A stretch of DNA of 64,000 nt from an uncultured Verrucomicrobiae bacterium (lineage in GTDB: Bacteria > Verrucomicrobiota > Verrucomicrobiia > Limisphaerales > Palsa-1400). Under the pieces are notes generated by a model, which was not told where the DNA came from, ran no database searches, and saw nothing but the letters and a program-made list of their open reading frames with translations. The translations under genes and the position numbers were made by a program. Positions 30,510-40,753 of this stretch are shown piece by piece. Every line of letters begins with the position of its first letter. The first letter of the stretch is position 1. The DNA is taken from contig CAVXRD010000002.1 of assembly GCA_963764165.1 (NCBI GenBank), positions 3,232,001 through 3,296,000 on the forward strand. The letters run 5' to 3'.

Positions 30510-31385
30510 TTAAATCGCCCCTGCGTCGCTTTGGATGGCCACGAGGAAAGGAACTAGCAAGATTAAACGCCAATCCCACCCTTTGACCTTGGAACCGACA
30601 TCCGCTTTCGCCGCTTCAATTCCAATGCCCGCCGCCGTATTGTAGGTTGCGGCCAGCTCGTAATCCATGCGGAAGTAACCGGAATACTGGCAAATCTGTC
30701 CCGGTTGTCCCGAGAACGGTTCAGGATACGCCGCAAACCGAAAGATCTTGGGCGCAGCAAATGGGCCCACCCGTTTCTTTCCGATGTTGACCACGTAAAT
30801 AAATTCCTGGGTGAACGAGCGAAACATCTTGTCGACGTTCTGCGGTTGTTGCGTATAAACATAAATGTCGTCCCCCAATTTCCTATGCTGAGAGAGATAG
30901 AAAGGAAACTCATCCGGGGCATCCGCGTATTTTCGGACGTTGTAAAACAATTGCAGTTCGTCGAGGTGATAAATAACGCCCTGCCCTGAGAATCTTCCGC
31001 CCTTGAGCCATTGCGAGAAATCGAGGCAAACCGGATTGCGGCTCCCTTTTTCGCGTTCCAGCCGAGGCACATTGTTTGCCTCCTGATGGCGCACGCGATA
31101 AAATTCCGCCAATTCTCCCTCATCCAAAATCCGAATCCGCGAAGGCTGAAACACCATCCCATCGGCATCCGCCTCTTCTCCCGGCAAAGCGGGCCGACGA
31201 TGATCGACCAGGCAGATGTCTTGTGCCGGAAAGCGCTTCGACAGAAAGTCCTGCAAGGCCGCTAGATTCACGGGCAGATTTGTCACGATAAGCCTGTCAT
31301 CGTGAAGCAGTTGGTCCAGAATGGACACCATGCCCCGGTAAGACTTGCCCGCTCCCACTTTCCCGCAGATGAAGTAAAGGCTCAT
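30510..31385 (-). CDS. Zot/inovirus pI-like ATPase, C-terminally short
   Basis: N-terminal GKVGAGKS, IVTNLP, YHLDELQ, QHRKLG.DI...TQ, followed by a TM start. Confidence 0.85.
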   Translation of the reverse strand: MSLYFICGKVGAGKSYRGMVSILDQLLHDDRLIVTNLPVNLAALQDFLSKRFPAQDICLVDHRRPALPGEEADADGMVFQPSRIRILDEGELAEFYRVRHQEANNVPRLEREKGSRNPVCLDFSQWLKGGRFSGQGVIYHLDELQLFYNVRKYADAPDEFPFYLSQHRKLGDDIYVYTQQPQNVDKMFRSFTQEFIYVVNIGKKRVGPFAAPKIFRFAAYPEPFSGQPGQICQYSGYFRMDYELAATYNTAAGIGIEAAKADVGSKVKGWDWRLILLVPFLVAIQSDAGAI

Positions 31386-31684
31386 GGCTCGGGGTTATTG
31401 CCTATATTCCCGTCATCACATTCTGGGCTTTGGATGGCTTTTTCCTCTCGCAGGAAAAGCAATATCGACGGCTCTACTCTGACGTTGCTGCCAAGAAAGA
31501 GGCGGATATTGACTTCAACATGGACGCTTCGAAGTTCGAAAGCGAAGTCGGTGGTTGGTTTTATTGCGCCTTCACCAAGACACTCGCTCCGTTTCACGGC
31601 GCGCTATTATCTACCGTTGGTCTGGTCACGTTCGGTCTATTAATGAGGATTGTTTTACAACTTCTTCCGGGTTATGCCAAATAA
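31382..31684 (+). pseudogene. 5'-truncated membrane protein of a type found beside TIR genes
   Basis: In-frame WLGVIAYIPVITFWALDGFFLSQEKQYRRLY; N-terminus cut at the Zot start. Confidence 0.55.
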
Positions 31685-31698
31685 CCAAAACACTTGAT

Positions 31699-31968
31699 AT
31701 GGCAAAACAAGTATTTTTCAGTTTTCATTACGACGATGTAAAGACGTTTCGCGCGAACGTCGTTAGAAATCACGGCTTTACAAAAGAAAACGGACAAGAG
31801 GCAGGCTTTTTTGATGCATCTATTTGGGAAGATGCGAAGTTGCATGGTGCCGATTCGGTAAAGCGGCTAATAAACGCAAACCTGGATGGATCAACCGTAA
31901 CCTGTGTTTTAATTGGCACAGGAACCTGGAGTAGGCGTTGGGTGCGGTATGAAATCCTAAAGAGCTAG
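31699..31968 (+). pseudogene. ThsB-like TIR (DUF1863) domain, truncated
   Basis: VFFSFHY, TCVLIG..TWSRRWVRYEI, then an immediate stop. Confidence 0.8.
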
Positions 31969-32068
31969 AAGGCACATAATTGTATGTCATTCATTATAAG
32001 ATCGCGGTTTAACAGTTACAATCAAGGGTTTGCTATCGATAATCTGACTGATTGGCTTCGCCGTTAAA

Positions 32069-32893
32069 ATGAACTCGCAAGAACACAATTTGGCCGGGGA
32101 AGGTCCGCTTTTGACAATCCGTTTTACGGGGCCGACTCTCAATGAGCAGTCGGTGCCGATTTACGATCTTGCTGAAACCCTACTTGCAATCCAAGGAATC
32201 ATCAACAAAGCTGCCTTGCACAAAGACGGGCGGCTTGAAAAGGGAGCGCGACTCCGCGCGGCGGAACGCGAAAGAATTGCGCTCCGCATTGTAAGCCATC
32301 GCAAGAGTTCGGATGTGTGGCTATTGGGATCCGCTTTAACAGATCCGTCCTTTGGACCAATTCTTCAAGGGCTGATTGTGGTTGGACTCGCGGCTGTAGG
32401 CTCCTATGTGGGTAAGAAGGTTTTTGGCACGGGCGAGCAAGCCAAGCATCAGGCGCGCGAACCGCAAACAATACAGGTTTTGGTCGTGAATATTTTCCCT
32501 GAAATACGAACGCTCACACATCGTATTCGAGATGATGGTGAGATTGATGGAATAGAATTGCTTGATGCGAAAAGCACGAGTGAAAAAAGTCTCGTAATCA
32601 CGCGTGAAACTCAACATTATGTAAAGGAGATTGAGAACCAAAAAGTACCGGGCAACAGATGCAAGATTGTCGGGCACATTATGAGACTTCACTTGCAGTC
32701 CTGTCATTTAGATTTAGAGGAGAGATCAGGACACAAGCTTCGAATAAATATGCCCAGCGAGCTTTTCGAGCAGGTGCGGCGACTGGCCAGTCTCCGTGTT
32801 GACGTTGTCTTCGAAGGCGTGCCTCTTTACAAGCTAGGCAACCTCAGTAGTAAGTTTGATGAATTTAACGCGGAGCGGCTTCTTTTACCGTGA
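32069..32893 (+). CDS. Hypothetical protein
   Basis: 274-aa ORF, lower GC than its flanks. Confidence 0.65.
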   Translation: MNSQEHNLAGEGPLLTIRFTGPTLNEQSVPIYDLAETLLAIQGIINKAALHKDGRLEKGARLRAAERERIALRIVSHRKSSDVWLLGSALTDPSFGPILQGLIVVGLAAVGSYVGKKVFGTGEQAKHQAREPQTIQVLVVNIFPEIRTLTHRIRDDGEIDGIELLDAKSTSEKSLVITRETQHYVKEIENQKVPGNRCKIVGHIMRLHLQSCHLDLEERSGHKLRINMPSELFEQVRRLASLRVDVVFEGVPLYKLGNLSSKFDEFNAERLLLP

Positions 32894-32954
32894 AAATTCC
32901 GCAACATTGTCCAGCCCTGAATGGTTCCCGAGGCCACCACCGTGCGCAAGAAGG

Positions 32955-33514
32955 ATGACTTTCTCTGACCAAAATCACGACGAAATTGTCTTCCGCGTTC
33001 TCTTGCAACGGGAAGAGAACCGGCCAACCCTGACATTCAAGCTGTTGGAACGCTCACTGCCCACCGACCTATTCAGGCAGATCGAATTCGATTGGCGAAA
33101 TTACATCCGCATGGAGGAACTCGAATTCGACTCCGCATTCCAAAAAGCCGTTCGCAAGCACCTCCCAGGCGTTTACTACGTCCTAATGGCTGCGGAATTT
33201 CTGCACAAAATTCCATTTCACTCAGCGCTAGCCCATTTTCTCCAAATCCAGCAAATCCCAGGCCCGCTGCGCGAGGATGAAATCTTCTCCCTTGCCGAAT
33301 TCTTCGCCGACCACGTCCGAAGTACCCGCATTCTCACGCCAGCCGCACCGACAACCCCTCGAACACCACATCACCACGGACGTGTTGCCGCGCCAGATCA
33401 CCAAGAGCCAGTTACAGCGCCACAGAAACCAAGAGGCCCGGTCCGCCGTTGCGCCTTCTGCAAAGAGTTCATAACCGTAAGCGAACTGCAGGGTCATGTT
33501 GACTCCCACCTTAA
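32955..33514 (+). pseudogene. Hypothetical protein with CxxC-x11-HxxxH finger, 3' end lost at a junction
   Basis: CAFCKEFITVSELQGHVDSH, then reads into the integrase antisense strand. Confidence 0.5.
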
Positions 33515-34103
33515 GATGCCACGCCAATCGATAGAACGCATTGCGTTCGGGATTTTGCTCGCGGGCGACAATGGCCAGATGTTCTTCGATGGTAATCGCC
33601 CGCTTTTCCTTGAACTTCAATTTTGGCCATTGCAGACGCGGGACGACCGATTTAAGAAGCCAATCCATGCCAATGGCGTGGTTATGTATCCTGCGCAAAT
33701 AAACGTTCGTCGAGACTTTCCCGTCTGCAAGAGCGCGGTCGAAATGTTCGGCGCGAGTTTCCGCGACCACCAACTTGCGGATGCAATCAAAATTCTTGTC
33801 CTTGATTGCGACCTCCCAGCGGCGGCGCGTCTCATCCGTTTTCTTGGCGACAATATGCTCCATGACCTCTTGCCAGGTGCGCGTCGCCAGCTTTGGGTCA
33901 GCGCCGTTCAGATACACTCGCGCCAAAGACAGATTGAAATGCGGTTGCGACTCCGATTCATTGCGCGCCTGCAAGAGCCGTTGCGCTTCCGCTTTGTCGC
34001 TTGTCTTTAGGGTGGTTTGCTCCCCGGTGATCTTGTTCTTGAGGTAATAAACTCCCCACGGACGCCGTATTAGTCCGAATGTCTGTTTCATTGCTTCACT
34101 CAT
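33513..34103 (-). pseudogene. Tyrosine integrase of element 2, catalytic half deleted
   Basis: Collinear with the other integrases (VSTNVYLRR, NPER..FY.L.WHL), then similarity stops abruptly. Confidence 0.88.
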
Positions 34104-34250
34104 TCGTTATGAGTGTGCCGCATTCGGCGTCCTTCGCGTTAACGAGCAGTGGACGAGCTATATCCGAGCAGAGACAGATTTCTGAACGGGCAGCTAATTT
34201 GGTGAAGATTCCGGTGAAGATTCGGCCCTTTGCTCCAAGTAACCCCTGAT

Positions 34251-34263
34251 AATCAAGGGCTTA
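34251..34263 (+). promoter_or_regulatory. IHF-consensus site beside the att core
   Basis: AATCAAGGGCTTA matches WATCAANNNNTTR. Confidence 0.5.
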
Positions 34264-34266
34264 AAC

Positions 34267-34289
34267 TTGGAGGCGAGGGTCGGAATCGA
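34267..34289 (-). repeat. att core (copy of the tRNA-Cys 3' end)
   Basis: TTGGAGGCGAGGGTCGGAATCGA, 23 bp identical to 46004-46026. Confidence 0.95.
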
Positions 34290-34437
34290 GCGCCTTCGGT
34301 GGCGGACGACAGGGTTATTTTGCCTTATTTCATGGGTGATTCAAGCGGATTGTGTCACTATTTGAACTGCCGGTTTCCACTTGGTTTATTAGCCATTTTG
34401 TTAGCCATTCTGTTAACCATTTTTGATCGTATTTGGT

Positions 34438-34806
34438 TCAAGCGGGCAAATGATCTGCCGGAAAATAGGAGCGATATTTCGCGCGGGGGTCGGTCGGATG
34501 GCTGCCAAACGGATTGAAGTTGCCGCAAGGGTGTTGCCAGACACTGCGCCTCTGATTCCAATGGAATCCCATCGCCCAGAGCAACGCCGCAAGATTCGGC
34601 TTTCGCGACGGTGAAACGTCGAGCCAAACCCATTTGCCGACTACTTCTGCCAATTCATAGTGCCTCGGCAGTCTGGTTCTCAAGGAATTCAAAACCGCCT
34701 CCGTGGAAAGTCCACGATTAGCGCAGTGCGCGGCAAATGTTTTTGAAACCGACGATGGCCGGACATTCGCCGGAGCTGACGCTTCATTATGTTTTGTTGT
34801 TTTCAT
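34438..34806 (-). CDS. Hypothetical protein
   Basis: Protein-like AEVVGKWVWL...GFHWNQRRSVWQHPCG. Confidence 0.65.
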   Translation of the reverse strand: MKTTKHNEASAPANVRPSSVSKTFAAHCANRGLSTEAVLNSLRTRLPRHYELAEVVGKWVWLDVSPSRKPNLAALLWAMGFHWNQRRSVWQHPCGNFNPFGSHPTDPRAKYRSYFPADHLPA

Positions 34807-35459
34807 AGCTTTTTTTTGAAACCGCTGTCCGTCACCCTGCCGTTTGCTGCTCGCTTCACAAACGGGGAGACACCGAGCCGGGGCGCGGAAGCGCATTCAA
34901 AACTCAGCGAAAGCTAAAACCGTGACAGTGGCGAAGTGGGAGAAGTGGCGACGCTGGCGCGGTTTTTGATCTCGCTCCTAACTTTCGGCTCGGTGTCGGA
35001 CCAGCGAGCAGCAAACGGTGGGGTGACGGCGGGCGTAAAAAAGGCGAAGACAAACAACCTGACCTGTCCCCGCTCGTTTGGAAATTTCTGAAGCCGTGAG
35101 AGTAAAGGAGCGTTTGGGCTGGCCGCCCGCGTGGGGGAAATGGGGCGCGGATCAGCGGACGGACCAAAAAGCGGAATGGAGCGGCGGATTTAGAAATTTG
35201 CCAAGGGAGCGCCGATTGGGCGAGCGCAAGTCTGTGAGCTTTCGAGGCGTAGTCTTTCAAGGGGAATCGAAAGCTGACAGTCTTGCGCGACAGGGCGGGC
35301 GATCGGGGCATGCACATTGACTTTTTGCGCTGCATGATTAGTTTTAGCCGTGAAAATAACCATTAAAGTTGTTACGGTCGCGCATGGAGGTTGGACCAAA
35401 CCAGACTTGCGGGGAGATGCCATTCAGCAATTTCCGCCGACTTTCAAGAAACTTGATTT

Positions 35460-36236
35460 ATGAAGCCTGGCGATGAGCTTGATAATCTCTATGCCCGACT
35501 GAAAGGCATTCACCAATTGCAAGGCGCGATGACGTCGCAAACACCCAAGGATGTTAATTGGATTGTCGCAAGACTCTGTAACCTTCGCGTTCTCACTCAG
35601 TCGGAAGGCTTTTCGCTTCGGGTTAATGAATTTGTAGGAATAGAACGAGCCGAGTTTTCAGGAATACCAGAAAGGGCTGCCCAGGTAATGGCAATTTTAG
35701 AGAGTCGGCGTTCGAAAGCGCTTTTGATCTGGGCTATGCAAAAGCCGATTGCGTTGGCTGTAGTCTTTAGCGATGTGACCGACAGTGTGGTGCTCAACAA
35801 ACGACTCGGGGAAGTCAAGTGGCAGGAGATTTTGGAGGCGCATTTTGCAAGCGCCCGTATTCTCGTAGAGAAGAATGGCGGCTTTTTCGTAAAGGATATT
35901 GGCGACGCATTGATGGCGCTTTTCCATGACGCGGCTTCTGCACTGGATTTCACAATTGAACTCCGCAAGAATCCAGTCGATTCACAAATTGCGGTCCGCC
36001 AAGGCGCTCATATCGGAGAGGTGATCGTGAAGCTAAACGACGCTGTGGGACAGAACGTCAATAAGGCGAGTCGCATTGCAGCAAAAGCGAAGCGCGGCGC
36101 AATAGTAATGTCAGAGGAATTTTTCAATGATGTTCAACGGATAAATTCGCCCGCACATGCTCGCTTGCCGTGGCAAAAATCGCCAAATAATCGCATGAAA
36201 GGTTTCGATGGAACATTTGTGCTTTGGAAGGTCTAG
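35460..36236 (+). CDS. Class III nucleotide (adenylate/guanylate) cyclase
   Basis: VVFSDVTDS, VKDIGDALM, GAHIGEV, GQNVNKASRI. Confidence 0.88.
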   Translation: MKPGDELDNLYARLKGIHQLQGAMTSQTPKDVNWIVARLCNLRVLTQSEGFSLRVNEFVGIERAEFSGIPERAAQVMAILESRRSKALLIWAMQKPIALAVVFSDVTDSVVLNKRLGEVKWQEILEAHFASARILVEKNGGFFVKDIGDALMALFHDAASALDFTIELRKNPVDSQIAVRQGAHIGEVIVKLNDAVGQNVNKASRIAAKAKRGAIVMSEEFFNDVQRINSPAHARLPWQKSPNNRMKGFDGTFVLWKV

Positions 36237-36253
36237 CGCAGACCTCGGGCGGC

Positions 36254-37150
36254 TCAAACCGGACGCCTATTACGCCGAATCAATGCTTCCAAAGCTGCAA
36301 TCGTCATTATCTTGGTCCCATTGTGAATCATCGCGTGGCAGTTTGGACAGATCGGGCGCAAGTCTGCAATCGGGTCAATCACATATTCCTTCCGAATTTC
36401 AGATAACGGCTTGAGGTGGTGAACGTGGATAAAACCGCTGCCTACCTCACCATAAACTTTCTCAAAGTCGAAGCCGCAGACTGAACAACGACAGCCGTAG
36501 TGTTCAATGCACCGCTGGCGAGCGTACGGGTTGCGCTCGTAGATGCTGAGAAACATGTGCCGCATCGCGCCTTCTTTATACTGTGATTTCAAAAGGATTG
36601 ATGGAGAGGCATTCGTGGGAATGTCACCACTGGCGATGGTAGCCAGGTCAGGACCGGGTACCGGCGGAACCGGCGCGTGAGCCTTGGGAAAGCTTGGTTC
36701 TTGCGATTCCTTCGGTGCGATAACTCCCGGTAAAGAAAATGAAGCGAACTTGCCCCTTGCTAATTCCTCAGCAAGCGTTGGTGGCGCAGGTTGTGGAGGT
36801 GGATTTGTCAGCCGATTCTGCATTTCCTGATGGCTCTTGTGGATAAGCTGGCGTCTGAGTCTATCAGGGGGAATCGGGGTTTCGCCCCTCATGTCCACAA
36901 CCACATGAGGCCGCAATTCAGTGGGGCAGGGGCGGATCGTTGTAAAATAACGTCCAAGACGCGTATGGATGACCCTCAATTGGCTGTATAATTTTCGATG
37001 TTTGGCTCCTATTGGTGGCTCCAGAATTATCCCGTCTTTGATTTGGGCGTACCAAAGTCCCTTTCGTTCTTCCGAAACTCGGGCGCACCATTCATCTTCT
37101 CTGACTTTGGCGTCCCATGCTTCCTGAGCTTGCCTTCTCTTTTTTAAAGT
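36254..37150 (-). CDS. HNH endonuclease (McrA-like C-terminal domain); start uncertain
   Basis: YERNP..R..C, CSVCGFDF...YG, IHVHHL.PL, CPNCHAMIH. Confidence 0.8.
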   Translation of the reverse strand, partial: TLKKRRQAQEAWDAKVREDEWCARVSEERKGLWYAQIKDGIILEPPIGAKHRKLYSQLRVIHTRLGRYFTTIRPCPTELRPHVVVDMRGETPIPPDRLRRQLIHKSHQEMQNRLTNPPPQPAPPTLAEELARGKFASFSLPGVIAPKESQEPSFPKAHAPVPPVPGPDLATIASGDIPTNASPSILLKSQYKEGAMRHMFLSIYERNPYARQRCIEHYGCRCSVCGFDFEKVYGEVGSGFIHVHHLKPLSEIRKEYVIDPIADLRPICPNCHAMIHNGTKIMTIAALEALIRRNRRPV

Positions 37151-37152
37151 GG

Positions 37153-39978
37153 TCACGGCGATTGCACAACCCGATAAAACCGTTGAGCGTCGGGGCCAAT
37201 GGCGGCCGACAAGGTAACGACGCCGTTGGTTGCAACCAGGGGATACCCCAGCGCGTTCCAATTCGGCTGTGTCAGGCTGGTCTTGAATTGGAGTTGATAT
37301 GTTTGTCCCGCGACAGCGCTCCAAGTCAGCGTCAAGGCATTGTTCGCTTGGGTCACTGTTTGAAACACGGGCGGCGGGCTGAAACTGAAAACGGTTCCAA
37401 CGCCACCGCTGCCGCCACTGTCAGTTACGCCGTAGAAGTTGCCGTCGCGGCCTTGAAGCAGGCCGGATAAAGGGGTTTCGCCATTCGCACCGTTGAACGC
37501 GAGCAATGTTGTCAATGCGCCTGATGGGGTCATTGTGAACACGGTGCCGTCGTTGTACGCGCCGCCCCCGGACGTTGTGCCGTAGAAATTCCCGTCGGTT
37601 CCTTGGACAAGACGGCAGTAAGGATAAGAGCCGTTCGTTTGATTGAATGAAACCAGAACGGCAAATGATCCGGCAGGCGTGATTTTGAAAATTGTGCCAT
37701 ATCCGATGCCGCCGTTGACGGCTGACCCGTAAAAATTCCCGTCGGTGCCAAGAGCCAATTCGGCATGAGGATAAGCACCGTCAAACCCATTGGTAAACGC
37801 ATAGAGCGCTCTCAACACGCCATTCGTCGTGACCGCAAAGATCGTGCCCCATCCAGTATAAGCCGAACCATTGAAGCCAACCCCGCCGGAAACCGCGGTG
37901 CCGTAAAGATTCCCGTCGTTTCCAAGCGTCAAGCCTGCCCAGGGATTTGCTCCGTTGGTTCCGGTGAAGGACAGGAGAGGGGCAACTGAGCCGGATGCGG
38001 TCATTCTAAAAATCGCGCCGTAACCATAGCCAGCCGGGTCTTGGGAGAAATAGGCCCCGCCGTTGGCAGTTGTGCCGTACAGGTTGCCGTCAGCGCCGTA
38101 AGCCAAGCCGGAGTGGGGATTTGCCCCATCGGTGGCGGCGGAGAACGAATGGACAGGCGACAGCGCATTAGGTGGAGTCAACTTGAAAACAACGCCATTT
38201 CCATTTTGGCCTCCGTACGCGGTTGTGCCGTAGAAGTTCCCATTGCTCAATTGAATGAGGTTTGCATAATTGTACGGAGTGCGTCCGTCCGTTCCATTGA
38301 ATGATGCCAGATTCGTCAGCGTCCCATTTGGCGCAATCTGAAAAACCGTTCCGTAGTTCGCCGCTCCGGCTTGCAGCGTAGTGCCATAGAAGTTTCCGTC
38401 AGTCCCTTGCACGAGTCCAGTTTGAGGGTTTTCGCCATTCGCGCCAGAGGATGGAAATGAATAAAGCTGGTGAAATATAATCTTCTGCGCGGCGTATAAG
38501 CCTGTGGCCGTTGTTGTCTGATTGGAATTCACTGCGACGGTTTGGCTGGGGGGCGTGGTCCAATCCGCTACTGGGGAGAATCCCACCGCATGGCTGCCCA
38601 CCGTCAAACTGGCGACAGTTGATCCGTTGGTTTGCCAAGCACCTCCGTCCACCTCCCACCGCGCTCCGTCAGTCACGGCCCCGCCTGGACTGAGCGTTAC
38701 CTGTAAGGAACCAACGGCCGGACGAACAAAGGTCAGGCTGAAAACGGTTCCACCAGTTACCGAAGCAGCACCACCCTCCAATGTTGTTCCGTACAAATTC
38801 CCGTCGTTGCCTTGAGCCAGGCCGGTGGAAGGGTAACTGCCATTTGTACCACTGAACGCAAGCAATGTCGTCAACGCGCCGGAGGGAGCCACTTGGAATA
38901 TGGTGCCGGCGTTATCCAAGCCTCCATAAACAGTAGCGCCGTAAAAGTTGCCGTCAGCGCCTTGGATCAGACCTCCAACCGGGGCGGAACCGTCGCTCCC
39001 ACCCGTGAAGGAATATAATGTGCTCAAGGCACCTTGGGAGTTTATTTTGAATACGGTCCCATTACCGCTTGGCCCATAGCCATTGTAGCCCGGGCCGCCC
39101 TGCCGTGTTGTGCCGTAAAAGTTGCCGTCGCTTCCCTGCACTAATGCGCCTGTTGGATATTCACCGTCGGGGCCGGTGAACGAATAAAGAGATGTCAAAA
39201 TTCCCGATGTAGTAATTTTGAATACCGTGCCCTCAGAACTTAGTGTGCCGCCATATTCGGTCGTGCCATAAAAATTACCATCCGCTCCTTGTAATAGCTC
39301 CGCGTGAGGAACGTCGCCATTATCGAAATTCTGAGCCGTCCCTCCTGTCAGTGCCCCGAACGAAACGAGCGTCGTTAGCGTACCGTTCGTGGTTAGGCTG
39401 AACACCGTTCCATTGTTCATGTGATATCCACTAGTCCCGCCGTAACTGGTGGTGCCGTAAAAAGGGCCATCCGCGCCCCGCACCAGGCCCGCCAAAGGAT
39501 ACCCGCCGTCATTACCTCCTGAAAAAGTGTAGAGCGTTTTGAAAATGCCCGCCGGGCTGATCTGGAAAACCGTGCCGGGAATGGCCGGGTTGCCATTTGG
39601 ACTGGTGCCGGAAGTAACGCCGTAGAAATTGCCGTCACCGCCACTCGCTAAAGCACCTAATGGCGTTTCGCCATCGCCGTACGGCCCCGTGAATGAGTGC
39701 AAAGATGTCAAAGCACCGGATGGAGTCATTTTGAACGCCGTTCCGTAACCATTCGTTCCTCCTCCGGAAGTTGTGCCATAAAATGTCCCGTCAGGGCCTT
39801 GGATCAAGACTCCAAGGGGTCCTTCGCCATCGTTTCCGCCGGTAAACGAATAAATTACTTGAAAGCTGACGGCTCCGCGTGCGTGAGAAAACGGAAAGGC
39901 AACGGCAAGAATCCAGACAATGCCGAGGCACCGTCGTGCGCATCGTGTCGCGGTGGAGATTTTTGATTGGTTGCTCAT
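37153..39978 (-). CDS. Secreted Gloeo/Verruco (GloVer) tandem-repeat protein
   Basis: About 14 repeats of DG..P...L.QG.DGNFYGTT..GG...GTVF; C-terminal YQLQ...W...RFYRV tail. Confidence 0.9.
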   Translation of the reverse strand: MSNQSKISTATRCARRCLGIVWILAVAFPFSHARGAVSFQVIYSFTGGNDGEGPLGVLIQGPDGTFYGTTSGGGTNGYGTAFKMTPSGALTSLHSFTGPYGDGETPLGALASGGDGNFYGVTSGTSPNGNPAIPGTVFQISPAGIFKTLYTFSGGNDGGYPLAGLVRGADGPFYGTTSYGGTSGYHMNNGTVFSLTTNGTLTTLVSFGALTGGTAQNFDNGDVPHAELLQGADGNFYGTTEYGGTLSSEGTVFKITTSGILTSLYSFTGPDGEYPTGALVQGSDGNFYGTTRQGGPGYNGYGPSGNGTVFKINSQGALSTLYSFTGGSDGSAPVGGLIQGADGNFYGATVYGGLDNAGTIFQVAPSGALTTLLAFSGTNGSYPSTGLAQGNDGNLYGTTLEGGAASVTGGTVFSLTFVRPAVGSLQVTLSPGGAVTDGARWEVDGGAWQTNGSTVASLTVGSHAVGFSPVADWTTPPSQTVAVNSNQTTTATGLYAAQKIIFHQLYSFPSSGANGENPQTGLVQGTDGNFYGTTLQAGAANYGTVFQIAPNGTLTNLASFNGTDGRTPYNYANLIQLSNGNFYGTTAYGGQNGNGVVFKLTPPNALSPVHSFSAATDGANPHSGLAYGADGNLYGTTANGGAYFSQDPAGYGYGAIFRMTASGSVAPLLSFTGTNGANPWAGLTLGNDGNLYGTAVSGGVGFNGSAYTGWGTIFAVTTNGVLRALYAFTNGFDGAYPHAELALGTDGNFYGSAVNGGIGYGTIFKITPAGSFAVLVSFNQTNGSYPYCRLVQGTDGNFYGTTSGGGAYNDGTVFTMTPSGALTTLLAFNGANGETPLSGLLQGRDGNFYGVTDSGGSGGVGTVFSFSPPPVFQTVTQANNALTLTWSAVAGQTYQLQFKTSLTQPNWNALGYPLVATNGVVTLSAAIGPDAQRFYRVVQSP

Positions 39979-40171
39979 ATTCTTATCTCGTTGCCGGCCC
40001 GCGCTTCCCGTTGGCGGACCTCGGCCAGGGCGATAAAGCACAATTGCGAGACTCGGAATAAAAAGACATACCTTCAAGAATCCGCTTCATGGCCACCCTG
40101 GGCAAGAAGATTGTGAGTTGGGTGGGTGGGTGGATTGTCGGCCCAGAATGGTATTCATTCCGAAATGCAGA

Positions 40172-40753
40172 TCAACTCGGAATGAGTGCGGACAAGTGTA
40201 ATCGCGACAATAGACTCGATAAACCATGCCGCGCCTTCGCCAACAACTTAAATGCGGTTGCAATGGGCTTCTTTAGGTCGGTATAGGCTGTGCTACTTGC
40301 GGCCAACCTATAAATCCACTTTTTTTCAGGGTGGCGCTTAAGAAAGGCCGTTAAGTCATTGCCGGCACCAAACTTTTTGAGATAAACAAACCCACACATT
40401 GCCCAAACGTCTGCCTCCCACTCTTTGCCCTTTTCAGAGTGAAAAACGAGTCGGACGCCGCGCCTCACTTTAGCGGCAAAATCAGCAATCGCATCTACTT
40501 TCCAATTAATGTTCAGATACCAAGGAGAATGCCTGCGCGGCTTGATTCTCTTAAAGTGCAACAGATAATGCGCAAACTCATGGAGCAGAGTAAAAACATG
40601 CTCGCACCGGGGTTTGTTGGCGTTGATCAAAATACGGCGCTCGCGTGGCAGAAGTTTGCCGTAAACGTTCTCGGGTAAATGATCGACAAACCTGACCTTC
40701 AAGCAAAGCTGCTTGGCCGTTTCTCGAAGGATGTTTTTAGTCTTGAATTTCAT
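40172..40753 (-). CDS. ImmA/IrrE-family metallopeptidase
   Basis: ILINAN...FTLLHEFAH...EWEAD; overlaps the repressor stop. Confidence 0.8.
   Translation of the reverse strand: MKFKTKNILRETAKQLCLKVRFVDHLPENVYGKLLPRERRILINANKPRCEHVFTLLHEFAHYLLHFKRIKPRRHSPWYLNINWKVDAIADFAAKVRRGVRLVFHSEKGKEWEADVWAMCGFVYLKKFGAGNDLTAFLKRHPEKKWIYRLAASSTAYTDLKKPIATAFKLLAKARHGLSSLLSRLHLSALIPS

Larger units (their letters stand above)
27030..34289. mobile_element. Integrative element 2 (~7.2 kb, degenerate)
   Basis: Bounded by att cores; GGTGAAGAT-like repeats at both ends (27195-27228 x3, 34201-34222 x2); truncated integrase. Confidence 0.88.

Noticed and set aside
30510..31385. Zot as an enterotoxin, or a complete inovirus prophage
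   Set aside because: Only the ATPase part is present and no coat-gene cluster is visible.
32856..34010. 384-aa + strand ORF as one protein
   Set aside because: Its 3' half is the antisense of the truncated integrase.
27030..34289. Extra tRNA genes at 27030 and 34267
   Set aside because: Only the 3' 23-25 nt are present, with no D or anticodon arm; these are att copies.
37151..37324. N-terminus of the 356-aa HNH ORF
   Set aside because: It overlaps the GloVer gene end in another frame; the true start is unresolved.
37400..39850. Periodic DNA repeats as a CRISPR or other array
   Set aside because: They are degenerate in-frame protein repeats; no CRISPR array or cas gene was seen in the window.
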